From the IMG/VR virus record IMGVR_UViG_3300042814_000160: a stretch of DNA of 64,000 nt; one strand, written 5' to 3'. The notes under the pieces were generated by a model, which saw nothing but the letters and a program-made list of their open reading frames with translations, did not search any database and was not told where the DNA came from. This document shows, piece by piece, positions 9,140 through 18,188 of the stretch. This DNA is from an uncultured virus (IMG/VR IMGVR_UViG_3300042814_000160) (Duplodnaviria > Heunggongvirae > Uroviricota > Caudoviricetes). The stretch's first letter is position 1. Every line of letters begins with the position of its first letter. The translations under genes were made by a program, and so were the position numbers.

Positions 9140-9608
9140 GCGTATCTCCTCGGGGCGCCACAACCGCCCCTGCTACCGTCTCGTCGTCCTCGTGGAGCGG
9201 GCACACCTGGCCCGCCTCGCACACACACACCCGATTGATCGGGTCTTTCGCCCGCGCCGGCCGGGTCGAGGCCCAGGCCAGGTCCAGCCGCAACTGCGCC
9301 GCCTCCTCGACGGTGGGGATATGGTCGGCGGGCCTGGCCCCCCCGGTGGAGCGCCCCACCGCCACCAGCAACACGCCCACGTACCACTGCCGCGCGCAGC
9401 GTCGACAGGTCCACGTGGAGGTGAGATCCTCGTACTTGGCGGACCGCGCACCCCGGGGGGTGGTCGACACGCGCCCGGTGGCGGTTGATATCGAGGCCAC
9501 CGCCCCGCACGCCGGGCACGCCGCGTCAAACGCCCGCACATGCCCATAGGCGCGGAACCAGGGCGGGGGCAGGGTCACCGCGCGCGCGGGGGGTGGGGAT
9601 TTAGGCAC
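9132..9608 (-). CDS. Cys-rich hypothetical protein
   Basis: CPAC, CRRC, CVC...CPLH. Confidence 0.55.
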   Translation of the reverse strand: MPKSPPPARAVTLPPPWFRAYGHVRAFDAACPACGAVASISTATGRVSTTPRGARSAKYEDLTSTWTCRRCARQWYVGVLLVAVGRSTGGARPADHIPTVEEAAQLRLDLAWASTRPARAKDPINRVCVCEAGQVCPLHEDDETVAGAVVAPRGDTRG

Positions 9609-10149
9609 GCGCCCGCCTCGCCCCCTCGGCCGCCCACGTGACGTCGCGCCACGAGACCCGCTGCCCGGGGGTCAGGGCGTCCCACGCGACAAACACGGAC
9701 TCAGACGCCCCGTCCTCGTTCACACCCCGGGTGACCACCGCCACCGGGACCCCGATCGGGGCCAGGGTGGTCCGGAAGTACGCCCAGCCCGGGTGCGCCT
9801 CGTCGGGGTAGACGAACATCGCGGGGTGGGTGGCCAGGAACCGCCCCACCGCCGTCCGGGTCGACTGATCCCATTGGAACGGCCACGGGGCCCGGAGCGC
9901 CGGCGCGGGTGGGTCCTCCAGCACCAACCCCGGCGCGGGGGTCTCCTGCAGCACCCCCGCCGCCCACTCCAGCCTCGCCACCGCCGCCGTGACCGCCTCC
10001 TGCCGGGTGACCCCCGTGCCGATCACGCCCCCCACGAGTGTGACCTCCCAGGTGTCCACATCCTGCTGTTCGAGCGCGCGCCAGGGGCGGTGAATGATGG
10101 CCAGCGATCGGCCGTCCGGACTCAGGTAGATTTCAGGTTGTTTCTTCAT
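9601..10149 (-). CDS. Hypothetical protein
   Basis: GGAG before ATG 10149. Confidence 0.55.
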   Translation of the reverse strand: MKKQPEIYLSPDGRSLAIIHRPWRALEQQDVDTWEVTLVGGVIGTGVTRQEAVTAAVARLEWAAGVLQETPAPGLVLEDPPAPALRAPWPFQWDQSTRTAVGRFLATHPAMFVYPDEAHPGWAYFRTTLAPIGVPVAVVTRGVNEDGASESVFVAWDALTPGQRVSWRDVTWAAEGARRARA

Positions 10150-10366
10150 GGCCACTCCAATCTGCGCGGGCTTCCGTGAACCCTGTCTCCCACAACGTCC
10201 GCAAAAATGTCTGACAGACGCGGCGGTTCCCAAATATGCGGATATCCCAGAATGCACTCCCGTCCGGGTGACGTTTACGGCCGTCGTGAAAACTCACCAC
10301 GTACCGCGCCCGCCCGATTCGGTACTGCAGGCGATAGCGTTTTAGGACCTGGTAGCGTTTTGTCAC
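10133..10366 (-). CDS. Small phage hypothetical protein
   Basis: IGRARYVVSFHDGRKRHPDGSAFWDIRIF; GTG start overlaps upstream stop. Confidence 0.6.
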   Translation of the reverse strand: MTKRYQVLKRYRLQYRIGRARYVVSFHDGRKRHPDGSAFWDIRIFGNRRVCQTFLRTLWETGFTEARADWSGHEETT

Positions 10367-10653
10367 GACCAATCCTTTCCGCCGGTCTCGGCAAACCCAT
10401 TGCCCCGCGCGCGCGCCACCGCCTGGTCGTACCGATCGTCGTCCTCGGTCCGCCGCGGGCGATCGGGATCGGGGTCCTCGGGCGCCGGGTCCGCGCGCGG
10501 GCGCCGGCTCGGGGGGTAGGTCAGGCGGCCGTCCACCCAGACCAGCCCGCACCCGGGACACGTCCATTCATGCCGGCGGATCCGCGCGATATCGCCCACG
10601 GGGACACACGCCCCCTTGATCGCCCCGCACCGGCAGTAATCACGGATCGCCAC
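10363..10653 (-). CDS. Cys-containing hypothetical protein
   Basis: Coupled ORF in early operon. Confidence 0.5.
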   Translation of the reverse strand: MAIRDYCRCGAIKGACVPVGDIARIRRHEWTCPGCGLVWVDGRLTYPPSRRPRADPAPEDPDPDRPRRTEDDDRYDQAVARARGNGFAETGGKDWS

Positions 10654-10937
10654 TAGTCACCCCCCTGGACCGTCGACACGGCCACAATGGACGCCTGATC
10701 CCACTCCGCCCGGCTGTAGTCGGCCCACGTGTACAGCCGATCCAGCCCCAGCTCCGCGCGCCGGCTATCGAGCCCGTAACGGCAAAACGGCAGCAACCAC
10801 CCCGGGGACGTGCACCGGCACACCCCGATCGGGGTCCCATCGGCCTGGGGGTAGGTCTCCATCGGCCCCCCGCAGAATCCGCACGTCACCGGCAACGGGC
10901 GGAGGGTCTCGTCTAGCGTGAGCCGATCCCCACTCAC
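10653..10937 (-). CDS. Hypothetical protein
   Basis: CGFCG...CRC; GTGA overlap. Confidence 0.5.
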   Translation of the reverse strand: MSGDRLTLDETLRPLPVTCGFCGGPMETYPQADGTPIGVCRCTSPGWLLPFCRYGLDSRRAELGLDRLYTWADYSRAEWDQASIVAVSTVQGGD

Positions 10938-11194
10938 TGGCCACCCCCGATCACATGCGCGATCGGGGTGATGGCCAGGTGATGCAACGGCAACCCGCAC
11001 GATCGGAAATTGGCGCGGATCCGCCGCTGGACCGTGGCCAGGGTGATCGTCGATCGGACATAGAACGACCCGATCACGGTCCGCGGGGGACTGACGGGCT
11101 CCCCCGGGTATTTCAGGGTGTAGGTATAGGTAAACGTCGCCAGGTTCGCGGTACTGGTGTACAACGGCCGGCCGTGTCGCTTAGATCGTGTCAT
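10934..11194 (-). CDS. Hypothetical protein
   Basis: GGGGGAG RBS, overlaps neighbours. Confidence 0.5.
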   Translation of the reverse strand: MTRSKRHGRPLYTSTANLATFTYTYTLKYPGEPVSPPRTVIGSFYVRSTITLATVQRRIRANFRSCGLPLHHLAITPIAHVIGGGQ

Positions 11195-11975
11195 GGTCTC
11201 CCCCTGAGAGCCCGGGCAAGTACCCGGCGCGATCGGCCACTCCCGCGGCCTTTTTCCAACTGGACCCGTGCACGGTAATCAGCACGTCCGGCCGGCGCCG
11301 GGGGGTATGCCCGGGTCCGAGCCCGTTACAGAGTCCACAGTGATAGCAATCGGTTTTGTGGCCACTCTCGGCCGACTTCGGGCAGACAATCTCACCCGGG
11401 GCCGGCGCCTGGTCGACACTGGACCGGAGCCGGAACGTCCGGTACCCCAGCGCGCGCGCGGCGGTGGCGTCCGCTTCGGACTCCACACTGGCCATACACA
11501 GATCCGCCCACGTGGGATCCACGTACCGCCACTGATGGGTGTACCCCGTCCACCGTGGCGCCCGGCGGACCAAATCCTGCAGGACCCCAATCGGGACGGC
11601 CGCCGGATCGCCATAGGCGCCCAATCGAACCGGGGCGGAGATCCGCGCGGGCAAGGATCCCACGGGCGCGTACTTGCCGGCGGACCACGTCCGCCACACC
11701 TGGCCGAGTACCTTAGGATTCACATAGCACCCCCCGCCCCCATCGGCCGAATTGGGCCGGAGGGGACAGGTCCCGCATACGCTGACATCCGTCCCCGCGT
11801 GGATCGCTTCGACGGGGTGGCGGTTCGCCTGCAGGATCCACAATTGGGCCATGGGGCCCGTGCCGGGGTTATCGCTCGGGCGGTGGACCCCGGTCAGGAT
11901 GGCCACGATCCGCGCGCGGGTGAGCGTCGAGGGTCCGTCATAGACCACATACCCCAGGGGGTACCTGTTATTCAT
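11181..11975 (-). CDS. Cys-rich, radical-SAM-like (GP88-like) phage protein
   Basis: CGTCPLR...CYV, RLGAYGDPAAVP, GYTHQW, MASVE, C-terminal CP...CYHCGLC. Confidence 0.6.
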   Translation of the reverse strand: MNNRYPLGYVVYDGPSTLTRARIVAILTGVHRPSDNPGTGPMAQLWILQANRHPVEAIHAGTDVSVCGTCPLRPNSADGGGGCYVNPKVLGQVWRTWSAGKYAPVGSLPARISAPVRLGAYGDPAAVPIGVLQDLVRRAPRWTGYTHQWRYVDPTWADLCMASVESEADATAARALGYRTFRLRSSVDQAPAPGEIVCPKSAESGHKTDCYHCGLCNGLGPGHTPRRRPDVLITVHGSSWKKAAGVADRAGYLPGLSGGDHDTI

Positions 11976-12177
11976 GGCGGACCCCCTCGCGGATCGCCCA
12001 ATCCCACAATTCCGGATCGTTCAAGACCCACAAGCGGATCTCACCATCCGTGATCGGGCGCCCGGGGGTGTACACCTGGGGGAGTCGGCGCCGGATGATC
12101 GGGACAATCCCGGGGCGGTGCCGTTCAATGAAGAATTCCACGGTCCCGAATAGCGGCGGGGTGGTGTCGTGTGCCAT
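11968..12177 (-). CDS. Small hypothetical protein, leaderless
   Basis: ATG 6 nt after TAGATT -10 box. Confidence 0.6.
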   Translation of the reverse strand: MAHDTTPPLFGTVEFFIERHRPGIVPIIRRRLPQVYTPGRPITDGEIRLWVLNDPELWDWAIREGVRHE

Positions 12178-12183
12178 GGGCCC

Positions 12184-12252
12184 AATCTACACCCCCACCT
12201 CTACACTTGTCAATAGCCTAAGTTTGACAATCCACACCCCATCGTCTATATT
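12184..12252. promoter_or_regulatory. Back-to-back divergent promoters (TGTCAA-N10-TTGACA)
   Basis: Rightward TTGACA(12224)-17-TATATT; leftward TTGACA(12213-12208)-18-TAGATT. Confidence 0.8.
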
Positions 12253-12274
12253 GTGGGTGGAGGTTCTACCCCCT

Positions 12275-12724
12275 ATGCCTAAGACATCCCGCCCCGTGTT
12301 TACCCCCGATCAATTCACCCCCTATGACGATCCGCGCTGGGGGTCCGCCGTCGACAAAGCACGCTACGCGAATCACTTCGTGCGCTTTGTCCTGGGTGGC
12401 TTTCGGTCCACCCAATTCCCGCGCTGGTTCTACGTCCAGACGTCGTTTATGTGGGGCCATATCGCGGAGTACTCCCGCGACGGGTTTTACGCGACCTGGT
12501 TGGCCGATACCCCATCGCGCGCGCGTTTCCTGACTCGGTGTGTCCGGGGTGGGGGGTATGGATCACCCACACACACCTACGTGGACGTCGAACGCGCGAT
12601 CGCGTCCTGGGTCCGCGATAGCGGGGTACTCGAGACCACGATCCGCGCGGCGGTGGCTGAAGTCGAACGGACCGAGCGCGCGAACCTCGCCCGACTGCAG
12701 GCGAAGTACCCCACCCCCGACTAA
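12275..12724 (+). CDS. Phage early hypothetical protein
   Basis: GGAGG RBS, strong promoter; DKARYANHFVRFV...GHIAEY..DGFY. Confidence 0.7.
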   Translation: MPKTSRPVFTPDQFTPYDDPRWGSAVDKARYANHFVRFVLGGFRSTQFPRWFYVQTSFMWGHIAEYSRDGFYATWLADTPSRARFLTRCVRGGGYGSPTHTYVDVERAIASWVRDSGVLETTIRAAVAEVERTERANLARLQAKYPTPD

Positions 12725-12821
12725 CACCCCGATCCACCCCGGGGGGTGGTCGACCTGGCCACCCCCTGACCCCCCACCCCACCCCCGCCGGCGCGCCGAC
12801 TGACCCCCTCGCCTAGTCGCC

Positions 12822-12867
12822 TGTCAATTCCTGGCTATTGACAATCGACCACCCACACCCCCATAAT
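12822..12867 (+). promoter_or_regulatory. Promoter with TGTCAA-N10-TTGACA
   Basis: TTGACA(12838)-18-CATAAT; leader GGGTGGAGGTTCTA shared with the 12275 gene. Confidence 0.75.
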
Positions 12868-12888
12868 CCTGGGTGGAGGTTCTAACCT

Positions 12889-13203
12889 ATGTCACCCGAT
12901 ACCGATACCCCCTCGACCCCGTCCGTCCCCACCCCCGCCGACCTGGCCGCGCTGGACCTGTCCGGCCTGGCCCGATTGATCCGCCGATCCTGGGTGGACC
13001 CCAAAACGAAACAATCGCGGGTGTACTTCGCGGCCGCCCCGTACCTGTCCGCGCTGGCGTCCATGTCCACCCCCGCCGACTTCTACGGGGCGGACCCCGG
13101 GCGATCGATCGTGCTGTACTTCCTGGGGAATGCCAAAACCTGGCGGGGTCCCATGGCGGCCGCGATCAAATCGGAATTGAAACGCCGGATCGGGGTCAAA
13201 TAA
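12889..13203 (+). CDS. Phage early hypothetical protein
   Basis: GGAGG RBS; VYFAAAPYL...YFLGNAKTWRG. Confidence 0.7.
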   Translation: MSPDTDTPSTPSVPTPADLAALDLSGLARLIRRSWVDPKTKQSRVYFAAAPYLSALASMSTPADFYGADPGRSIVLYFLGNAKTWRGPMAAAIKSELKRRIGVK

Positions 13204-13424
13204 TGGACCCCCACGCGAACCTCGCCGAACAATCCACGATCCTCGCCTATGGCCCCGTCCTGGCCCGGGCCCAGCGCGCGCGTTTGTCGGAACTCCGCCG
13301 AGCTCTGCAGGGGTGGATCGCCCGGGGTGGATCCGCCCCCGACTGGTCCGCCTATCCTGCGACGTCGAAAGCGTACCGCCGGTGGGTGTCGACGTCCGCA
13401 CGTTTTCAGGATCTCGCCCGGTAA
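13203..13424 (+). CDS. Small hypothetical protein
   Basis: TAATG coupling; MDPHANLAEQ... Confidence 0.6.
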   Translation: MDPHANLAEQSTILAYGPVLARAQRARLSELRRALQGWIARGGSAPDWSAYPATSKAYRRWVSTSARFQDLAR

Positions 13425-13452
13425 CCTCGACGGACCCCACGCGTACACACCA

Positions 13453-13487
13453 CGGGGGTGGTTAGGTTCGACACCTAGCCACCCCCG
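13453..13487. terminator. Hairpin between convergent genes (probable bidirectional terminator)
   Basis: CGGGGGTGGTTAGGT-tcgac-ACCTAGCCACCCCCG. Confidence 0.6.
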
Positions 13488-13524
13488 GTTTACGTACCCC
13501 TGACCCTAACCCCTGACCCTCAGA

Positions 13525-13785
13525 TCACCACGTAAACGACGGACCCCCGCCGAGTGTGGCCGGACGGACCACCGCGCGCTGTTTGGGGTCCGGGGTGTTA
13601 TGGCCCGGGAGTACCAACGTATTCCACGACACCGACACCGGGGGGTACTCGGCCAGTAACCCCCGGACCCCCTCCGCCGTGATCGGGTACGTGGTGTTAG
13701 TCGCGAGGAACGTGATCACAAACGGACGATCCACCACCCCGATCGGCCGGCGGTGGCGGGGGGTCCGCGCGCGGGGTCCGCTCAT
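13525..13785 (-). CDS. Hypothetical protein
   Basis: ATGA overlap with upstream gene. Confidence 0.5.
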   Translation of the reverse strand: MSGPRARTPRHRRPIGVVDRPFVITFLATNTTYPITAEGVRGLLAEYPPVSVSWNTLVLPGHNTPDPKQRAVVRPATLGGGPSFTW

Positions 13786-14084
13786 CGTCCACCCCCCTCG
13801 CAGTACACCGATCGCCACACCCCCCACCCCGTATTCCACCGCGACACGTCACAATCGAGATCCACCTCGACCGGCCGGCGGTACACCTCCGCGAACGCGT
13901 CCGCCATGATCATATTGGCGTCTAGTACCTCCTGACTCGCGCAATACGGTTTACCCCGGTACTCCTCGCGGTTCTTCTGGACCACCGCGCGGTACTCGGC
14001 CGCGGTTAACACTTCCTGCAGGCGCCGATCAAACGCGTCCGCCAATTGCCGATCCATCCTGACCTGTAGCGGGGTGGCTTTCAT
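13782..14084 (-). CDS. Phage hypothetical protein
   Basis: CASQEVLDANMIMADAF; ATGA overlap. Confidence 0.6.
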   Translation of the reverse strand: MKATPLQVRMDRQLADAFDRRLQEVLTAAEYRAVVQKNREEYRGKPYCASQEVLDANMIMADAFAEVYRRPVEVDLDCDVSRWNTGWGVWRSVYCEGGGR

Positions 14085-14392
14085 CGTCCACCCCCGTACG
14101 CGCCCGGACGATTGATCGCGCAGTGGATCGCCACCGCCACCCCCCCGGGGTCCGTATCGACGTCTGCGTCTGTGATGATCGTCTGACCATAGGCGCCACA
14201 CTCGATCGCCCCCTGATCGGCATAGACATCGATCGCCCATGGCCCGTTGGCCACCCCCGCACAAAACACGGCGGGGTGGTGGTCAGGGTGCCGCATGGAC
14301 AAAAAACCGGGATAGTCGACGTCAACGACCCATCCGTACCGCCGTAGAAAGTTTGCCGTGGTGTGGAGTCGTGAACCGTGAATCGTGGCCAT
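14081..14392 (-). CDS. Hypothetical protein
   Basis: GAGGT RBS downstream of the leftward promoter. Confidence 0.55.
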   Translation of the reverse strand: MATIHGSRLHTTANFLRRYGWVVDVDYPGFLSMRHPDHHPAVFCAGVANGPWAIDVYADQGAIECGAYGQTIITDADVDTDPGGVAVAIHCAINRPGAYGGGR

Positions 14393-14412
14393 AGTGGGAT
14401 ACCTCGCCACCC

Positions 14413-14482
14413 ACGGTACAGCCTGACCCCCTCGCCTGTCAATATCCATACATTGACAGATACCCCACCCATCCTGTATCGT
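14413..14482. promoter_or_regulatory. Divergent promoters (TGTCAA-N10-TTGACA)
   Basis: TGTCAA 14437-14442, TTGACA 14453-14458; TAnnnT boxes 18 nt away on each side. Confidence 0.65.
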
Positions 14483-14502
14483 CCGTGGTGGAGGTAACAC
14501 CC

Positions 14503-14739
14503 ATGGCCTACTTAGGCGACGACGGAACGCTTGATACCGTGATTGTGTGTGACACGTGCGGCACTGAGCACCGGTTCACGTTTGACCCCGTCGACGATGA
14601 CGAGCGATCGAATGGTCCTGACCCCGGCGCGTATGACGCGTTCGTGGCCGAGTGTATCGAGCAGGTCGACGACGACTGCCAGACCTGCATGGACGACGAA
14701 GCAGGCATGCGGGACCACCCCGGGGGTCAGGACGCGTAA
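14503..14739 (+). CDS. Small acidic Cys-containing protein
   Basis: GGAGGT RBS; CDTC...CQTC. Confidence 0.6.
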   Translation: MAYLGDDGTLDTVIVCDTCGTEHRFTFDPVDDDERSNGPDPGAYDAFVAECIEQVDDDCQTCMDDEAGMRDHPGGQDA

Positions 14740-14787
14740 CGTCCACCCCCACCACCCTAGACTCTCCACCCCTTGAGGTATCGACCC

Positions 14788-14925
14788 ATGCGACACTGGC
14801 TCTCGGCGGACCCCACCCGGCACACCCCCACCCCGTCAACACGGACGGATGATGTCCTCGCCGGGGTGGCCCTTGGGGTGTTCACCACCACCCTGCTGGT
14901 CCTTGCGGCACTGCTGACCCCCTGA
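14788..14925 (+). CDS. 45-aa membrane peptide
   Basis: GAGGT RBS; C-terminal hydrophobic stretch. Confidence 0.45.
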   Translation: MRHWLSADPTRHTPTPSTRTDDVLAGVALGVFTTTLLVLAALLTP

Positions 14926-15014
14926 CCCCTGCTATCGAGGGGGTGGCCACCCCTGACCCTCGCCGGAGCTGGCCACCCCCACCCCCTCGCCTGACCTGCT
15001 ACGCGTCCCCCTGA

Positions 15015-15055
15015 CCCTCGCCACCCCCTCGCCACCCCCTCGCCACCCCCTCGCC
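15015..15055. repeat. Tandem 11-bp repeat CCCTCGCCACC (about 3.7 copies) in a C-rich non-coding tract
   Basis: Read directly from sequence. Confidence 0.8.
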
Positions 15056-15124
15056 TGACCCCGTCGACGTCCACCCCCTGACCCCCTGACCCCCGTCCAC
15101 CCCGCGCGCGCTGGACCCTCGCCA

Positions 15125-15387
15125 TGGGTGTGTCCAGGTTGACACACCCAGCGCCGGCCACTGTGTCGAGGCGGCCACACACCCCCATATGTAGGGGTGT
15201 CCACCCCCGCCAGGCCCATACCCTGGGGTGTGTCAGAATTGACACAGTGTGGGCGGATTGACACATTGTCCGACGGGGGTGGGGGTGGGGCCCGTGGCCA
15301 TGGCCTGGCTTCACCCAATTTTTTCCCTTCCAATTTTTCCGCCACCCCGGCCCCCTGCCCAACGGCCCCTGTGTCACGGTTGACACA
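15125..15387. promoter_or_regulatory. Cluster of TGTGTC-N6-GACACA palindromes
   Basis: 15125-15150 (10-bp arms), 15162-15179 (1 mismatch), 15229-15246, 15370-15387. Confidence 0.7.
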
Positions 15388-15452
15388 CCACAAACTGTGA
15401 CCAGCCCTGCGTTGGTTGCGTTTCTGGCACCACACGCGATAGATTGCCCCTC

Positions 15453-15713
15453 GTGCCGGAGTTGACCAGCCGTAAACGAAGTCGAACGCGTCGGGACGCC
15501 GAACCGCACCTGCGGGAGTTGGCGCAGCAACTGGATGCGATACGCAAGCAACGGGGCAGGACGTGGCGCTCACTCGCCGTGCCGGCGTCGTTTCGCGCCC
15601 GCGGCCGGGATGGGTCGATGTCGCTGCACCAATTGGTGTATCTGGCGGGGTTATTGGAGCTGGAGGTGTGTGTCCAACTGAAGGGAGGCGCCAATGGCAT
15701 CCCTGCCGAGTGA
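15453..15713 (+). CDS. Small basic, possibly XRE-like HTH regulator
   Basis: LDAIRKQRGRTWRSLA...SLHQLVYLAGLLEL; TTGCGT-18-TAGATT-7-GTG. Confidence 0.5.
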   Translation: MPELTSRKRSRTRRDAEPHLRELAQQLDAIRKQRGRTWRSLAVPASFRARGRDGSMSLHQLVYLAGLLELEVCVQLKGGANGIPAE

Positions 15714-15906
15714 GGAGCGGTGCGAATTCTGCCGCCTGCCCATCCGCCCCGATGACACCCACGGGGACATCACCATGGTGGATGATGGCCACGGGAATCG
15801 CGCGCCCGGGGTGCGGTGTCGGATTGCCCAACTCGCGCCGGACAAGGGGATTGCCATCGGCGCCGAACTCACCGGCCGCCCCGGCTCGACGGTGACGCGT
15901 GTTTAA
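15694..15906 (+). CDS. Hypothetical protein
   Basis: GGAGG RBS. Confidence 0.5.
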   Translation: MASLPSEERCEFCRLPIRPDDTHGDITMVDDGHGNRAPGVRCRIAQLAPDKGIAIGAELTGRPGSTVTRV

Positions 15907-16351
15907 ACCCGGGTGGTGGGCCTCGGCCCGGGCGGTGGTCAAGCTGGTGCGGGTCCACACCCGCATTGCGGATGCCCTCGAACGCCTGGCGGACGCCGCC
16001 GAAGGCCACCCGCGTGAATGGACCCGCGGGGATGTGACCGACGTCGAGGAAGTCGGGCCCCACACCCGCCCCAGTGATACGCGGGAGTATGCCAACGCCT
16101 ACGCCGTGGAGCAGGAGCTGGCCAAAATCCTGGGCCGCACGCCCACCGCCGAGGAAATCACCCACGAACTCGATGGGGAGATGCACGCCGGGGGCGACCC
16201 CAATACGGACCTCGACGCGATCCTCGCCCGGGTCAAGGCGATGACCACCTCCCAAGCGCCGCCCGTGACCCCACCCAAGGCGAAGGGCCCCTCGAAGGAT
16301 CGGTATGTATCGAGTCCCGATCCCTCGCCCGCGCCGTGGACCCTGCCATGA
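15899..16351 (+). CDS. Hypothetical protein
   Basis: Overlapping coupled ORF. Confidence 0.6.
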   Translation: MFKPGWWASARAVVKLVRVHTRIADALERLADAAEGHPREWTRGDVTDVEEVGPHTRPSDTREYANAYAVEQELAKILGRTPTAEEITHELDGEMHAGGDPNTDLDAILARVKAMTTSQAPPVTPPKAKGPSKDRYVSSPDPSPAPWTLP

Positions 16352-17157
16352 GCGAGGACCTCGCCCTCCCCGACGCCCAGGACCGGCCCAAGGTGCCGGC
16401 GGCGTATGACCGCGAGATGGTCGCCGCCGCGATTGACGCCCTCGAAGTGGCCGCTGGGGGACGCCAGGCCCTCATCGCCGCGATGGTGGCCCAACCGGCC
16501 ACGGATCCCGACCTCAACTATGTGATCGGGTTAATCGCCGACCCCCGGCATGACGCGCGACGACTCAGCCAACTCTGCAAAGCCGGCCGGGTCCCCCTGG
16601 GCACGCTCATCGAGGCGTTCAAACGCGGGGTGTACGCCCAGATGACCGTGCAGGTGCTGGGCACGATCGCGCGCGAGACCCCCAAGGTGGTGGAGGATAT
16701 CGTGGCGCGCGCCCAGACCCATTGGGTCACGTGTGGGAGTTGCCAAGGGGTGGGGCACCTGCGCCACCTCAAGGCCGGCCAACCCATCATCGACCTCCTC
16801 ACCAACCAAACCGTGGGGGTCTACCCCGACACGGTCCCGTGCGATCGCTGCGCCACCACCGGCCAGGTGGAGGAGCCGGGCGACTTGGACCGCCAAAAAA
16901 TGGTCCTGACCCTCGCGGGGCTGGGGCCCAAGCCTTCGGGCCCGGGGGTGGTGGTGGATAACCGCTCGGTCACGATTAACGGGGAGTCCACCGCCGCGCC
17001 CCAAGCCGGGCCCGATTCCTTCGCGTCGATTATTGGGGCGGTGGATCGCATTCTCCGCCGCCCGGCGCGGGTGTTACCCCCCTCCTCCATCGTCGAGGGG
17101 AGCATTGTGGTCGACTCCGCTGGCCCCCCTCTTGCTGACGATCAGGGAAATGGGTAG
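16348..17157 (+). CDS. Possible terminase small subunit with CxxCxGxG-type Zn finger
   Basis: CGSCQGVG...CDRCATTG; helical N-terminus; at the start of the late region. Confidence 0.4.
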   Translation: MSEDLALPDAQDRPKVPAAYDREMVAAAIDALEVAAGGRQALIAAMVAQPATDPDLNYVIGLIADPRHDARRLSQLCKAGRVPLGTLIEAFKRGVYAQMTVQVLGTIARETPKVVEDIVARAQTHWVTCGSCQGVGHLRHLKAGQPIIDLLTNQTVGVYPDTVPCDRCATTGQVEEPGDLDRQKMVLTLAGLGPKPSGPGVVVDNRSVTINGESTAAPQAGPDSFASIIGAVDRILRRPARVLPPSSIVEGSIVVDSAGPPLADDQGNG

Positions 17158-17193
17158 ACTCCCGGCCATTATGGGTCGTCGAGCCCCCTCCCC

Positions 17194-17466
17194 ATGCCCG
17201 CGCTGTTCACCCCCGGGAATCTGAGTGGAGCGGAACTCATGATCTGGGCGCCGTTGATTCTGTCGGCGATCGTCCAACTCGTGGGGATTGCCTTCTTCGC
17301 GGGCAAACACGCCCAGTTCAAGGTGGAAGTCCTCCGCCGGCTCGATGTGCTGGAGGAAACGGTCCAGGACATGGGCACGACGATGACCAACGTGCAGATT
17401 GCGGTGAGTGCCTTCCGCCAATGGGTGGGCGGCCCGCCAACCCCGCCGCGCCGGAATTGGGAGTAG
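17194..17466 (+). CDS. Holin-like membrane protein
   Basis: One TM helix plus coiled coil, directly before the endolysin. Confidence 0.5.
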   Translation: MPALFTPGNLSGAELMIWAPLILSAIVQLVGIAFFAGKHAQFKVEVLRRLDVLEETVQDMGTTMTNVQIAVSAFRQWVGGPPTPPRRNWE

Positions 17467-17469
17467 GGG

Positions 17470-17892
17470 ATGGCCACCCTGGGGTATGTCCAGCTCGGCG
17501 CCGGGATCGCGTGGACCAAGGTGCTGGGCCACCCACAAATTGCCCCCGCCGGGTTCCGGATTCTGAGCGCGCTCGACCAGGCGGCCGCCGCGCGCGGGAC
17601 GGTCCTGACCCTGACGTGTACCAACACCGGCCACGACCCGACCGACCCCCACTCGCGGGGGTGCGCCTATGACATCCGCACGATTGACCAGGATATCGTC
17701 ACCCTCGCGCTGGTGGTGGAGGACCTCGTGCGGACCCTCGGGCCGGCGTTCACGATCCTCTACGAGGTCCAGGAACCCCCCGCGATGAAGCTCCCCCTGG
17801 TCCTCGACGCGCGCCTCTATGTGAACGCCCACGCCACCGGACCGCACCTGCACATCCAACCCAAGCGAGGCACCGAATGGCCGCCTGCGTAG
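17470..17892 (+). CDS. Endolysin, peptidase M15-like Zn peptidase
   Basis: H-x6-D (HSRGCAYD) and HLH. Confidence 0.75.
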   Translation: MATLGYVQLGAGIAWTKVLGHPQIAPAGFRILSALDQAAAARGTVLTLTCTNTGHDPTDPHSRGCAYDIRTIDQDIVTLALVVEDLVRTLGPAFTILYEVQEPPAMKLPLVLDARLYVNAHATGPHLHIQPKRGTEWPPA

Positions 17893-17921
17893 ACGCGGTG
17901 GCGGGGCGGATCGATGGCCCC

Positions 17922-18158
17922 ATGCCCACCTTCGACCTCACCTACTTCGTCGAGGTCCAGCGCCGCGGGGTGTGGGTGCCGCATCCCCAAACGGCCTATT
18001 CCCGGGCGGAACTCGCGGGCTATCTCGCCGACCTCAAACGCCGCTACCGCCATGTCCGCACCCGCGTCCAAGGGTGGTGGTGCGCGCCGTGGGATCGCGC
18101 CGCCCAGCGGACGGTGTCCACCCTCGCCACCTACCGCGACGGGCGCCGAGTACGCTAG
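17922..18158 (+). CDS. Hypothetical protein
   Basis: Fills gap in the late operon. Confidence 0.4.
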   Translation: MPTFDLTYFVEVQRRGVWVPHPQTAYSRAELAGYLADLKRRYRHVRTRVQGWWCAPWDRAAQRTVSTLATYRDGRRVR

Positions 18159-18188
18159 GCTGTGGCCGTTTAGCCACAGGAGCCCCCC

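Noticed and set aside
14932..16095. ORFs across the C-rich repeat tract
   Set aside because: Low-complexity translations overlapping palindromes and better-supported + strand genes
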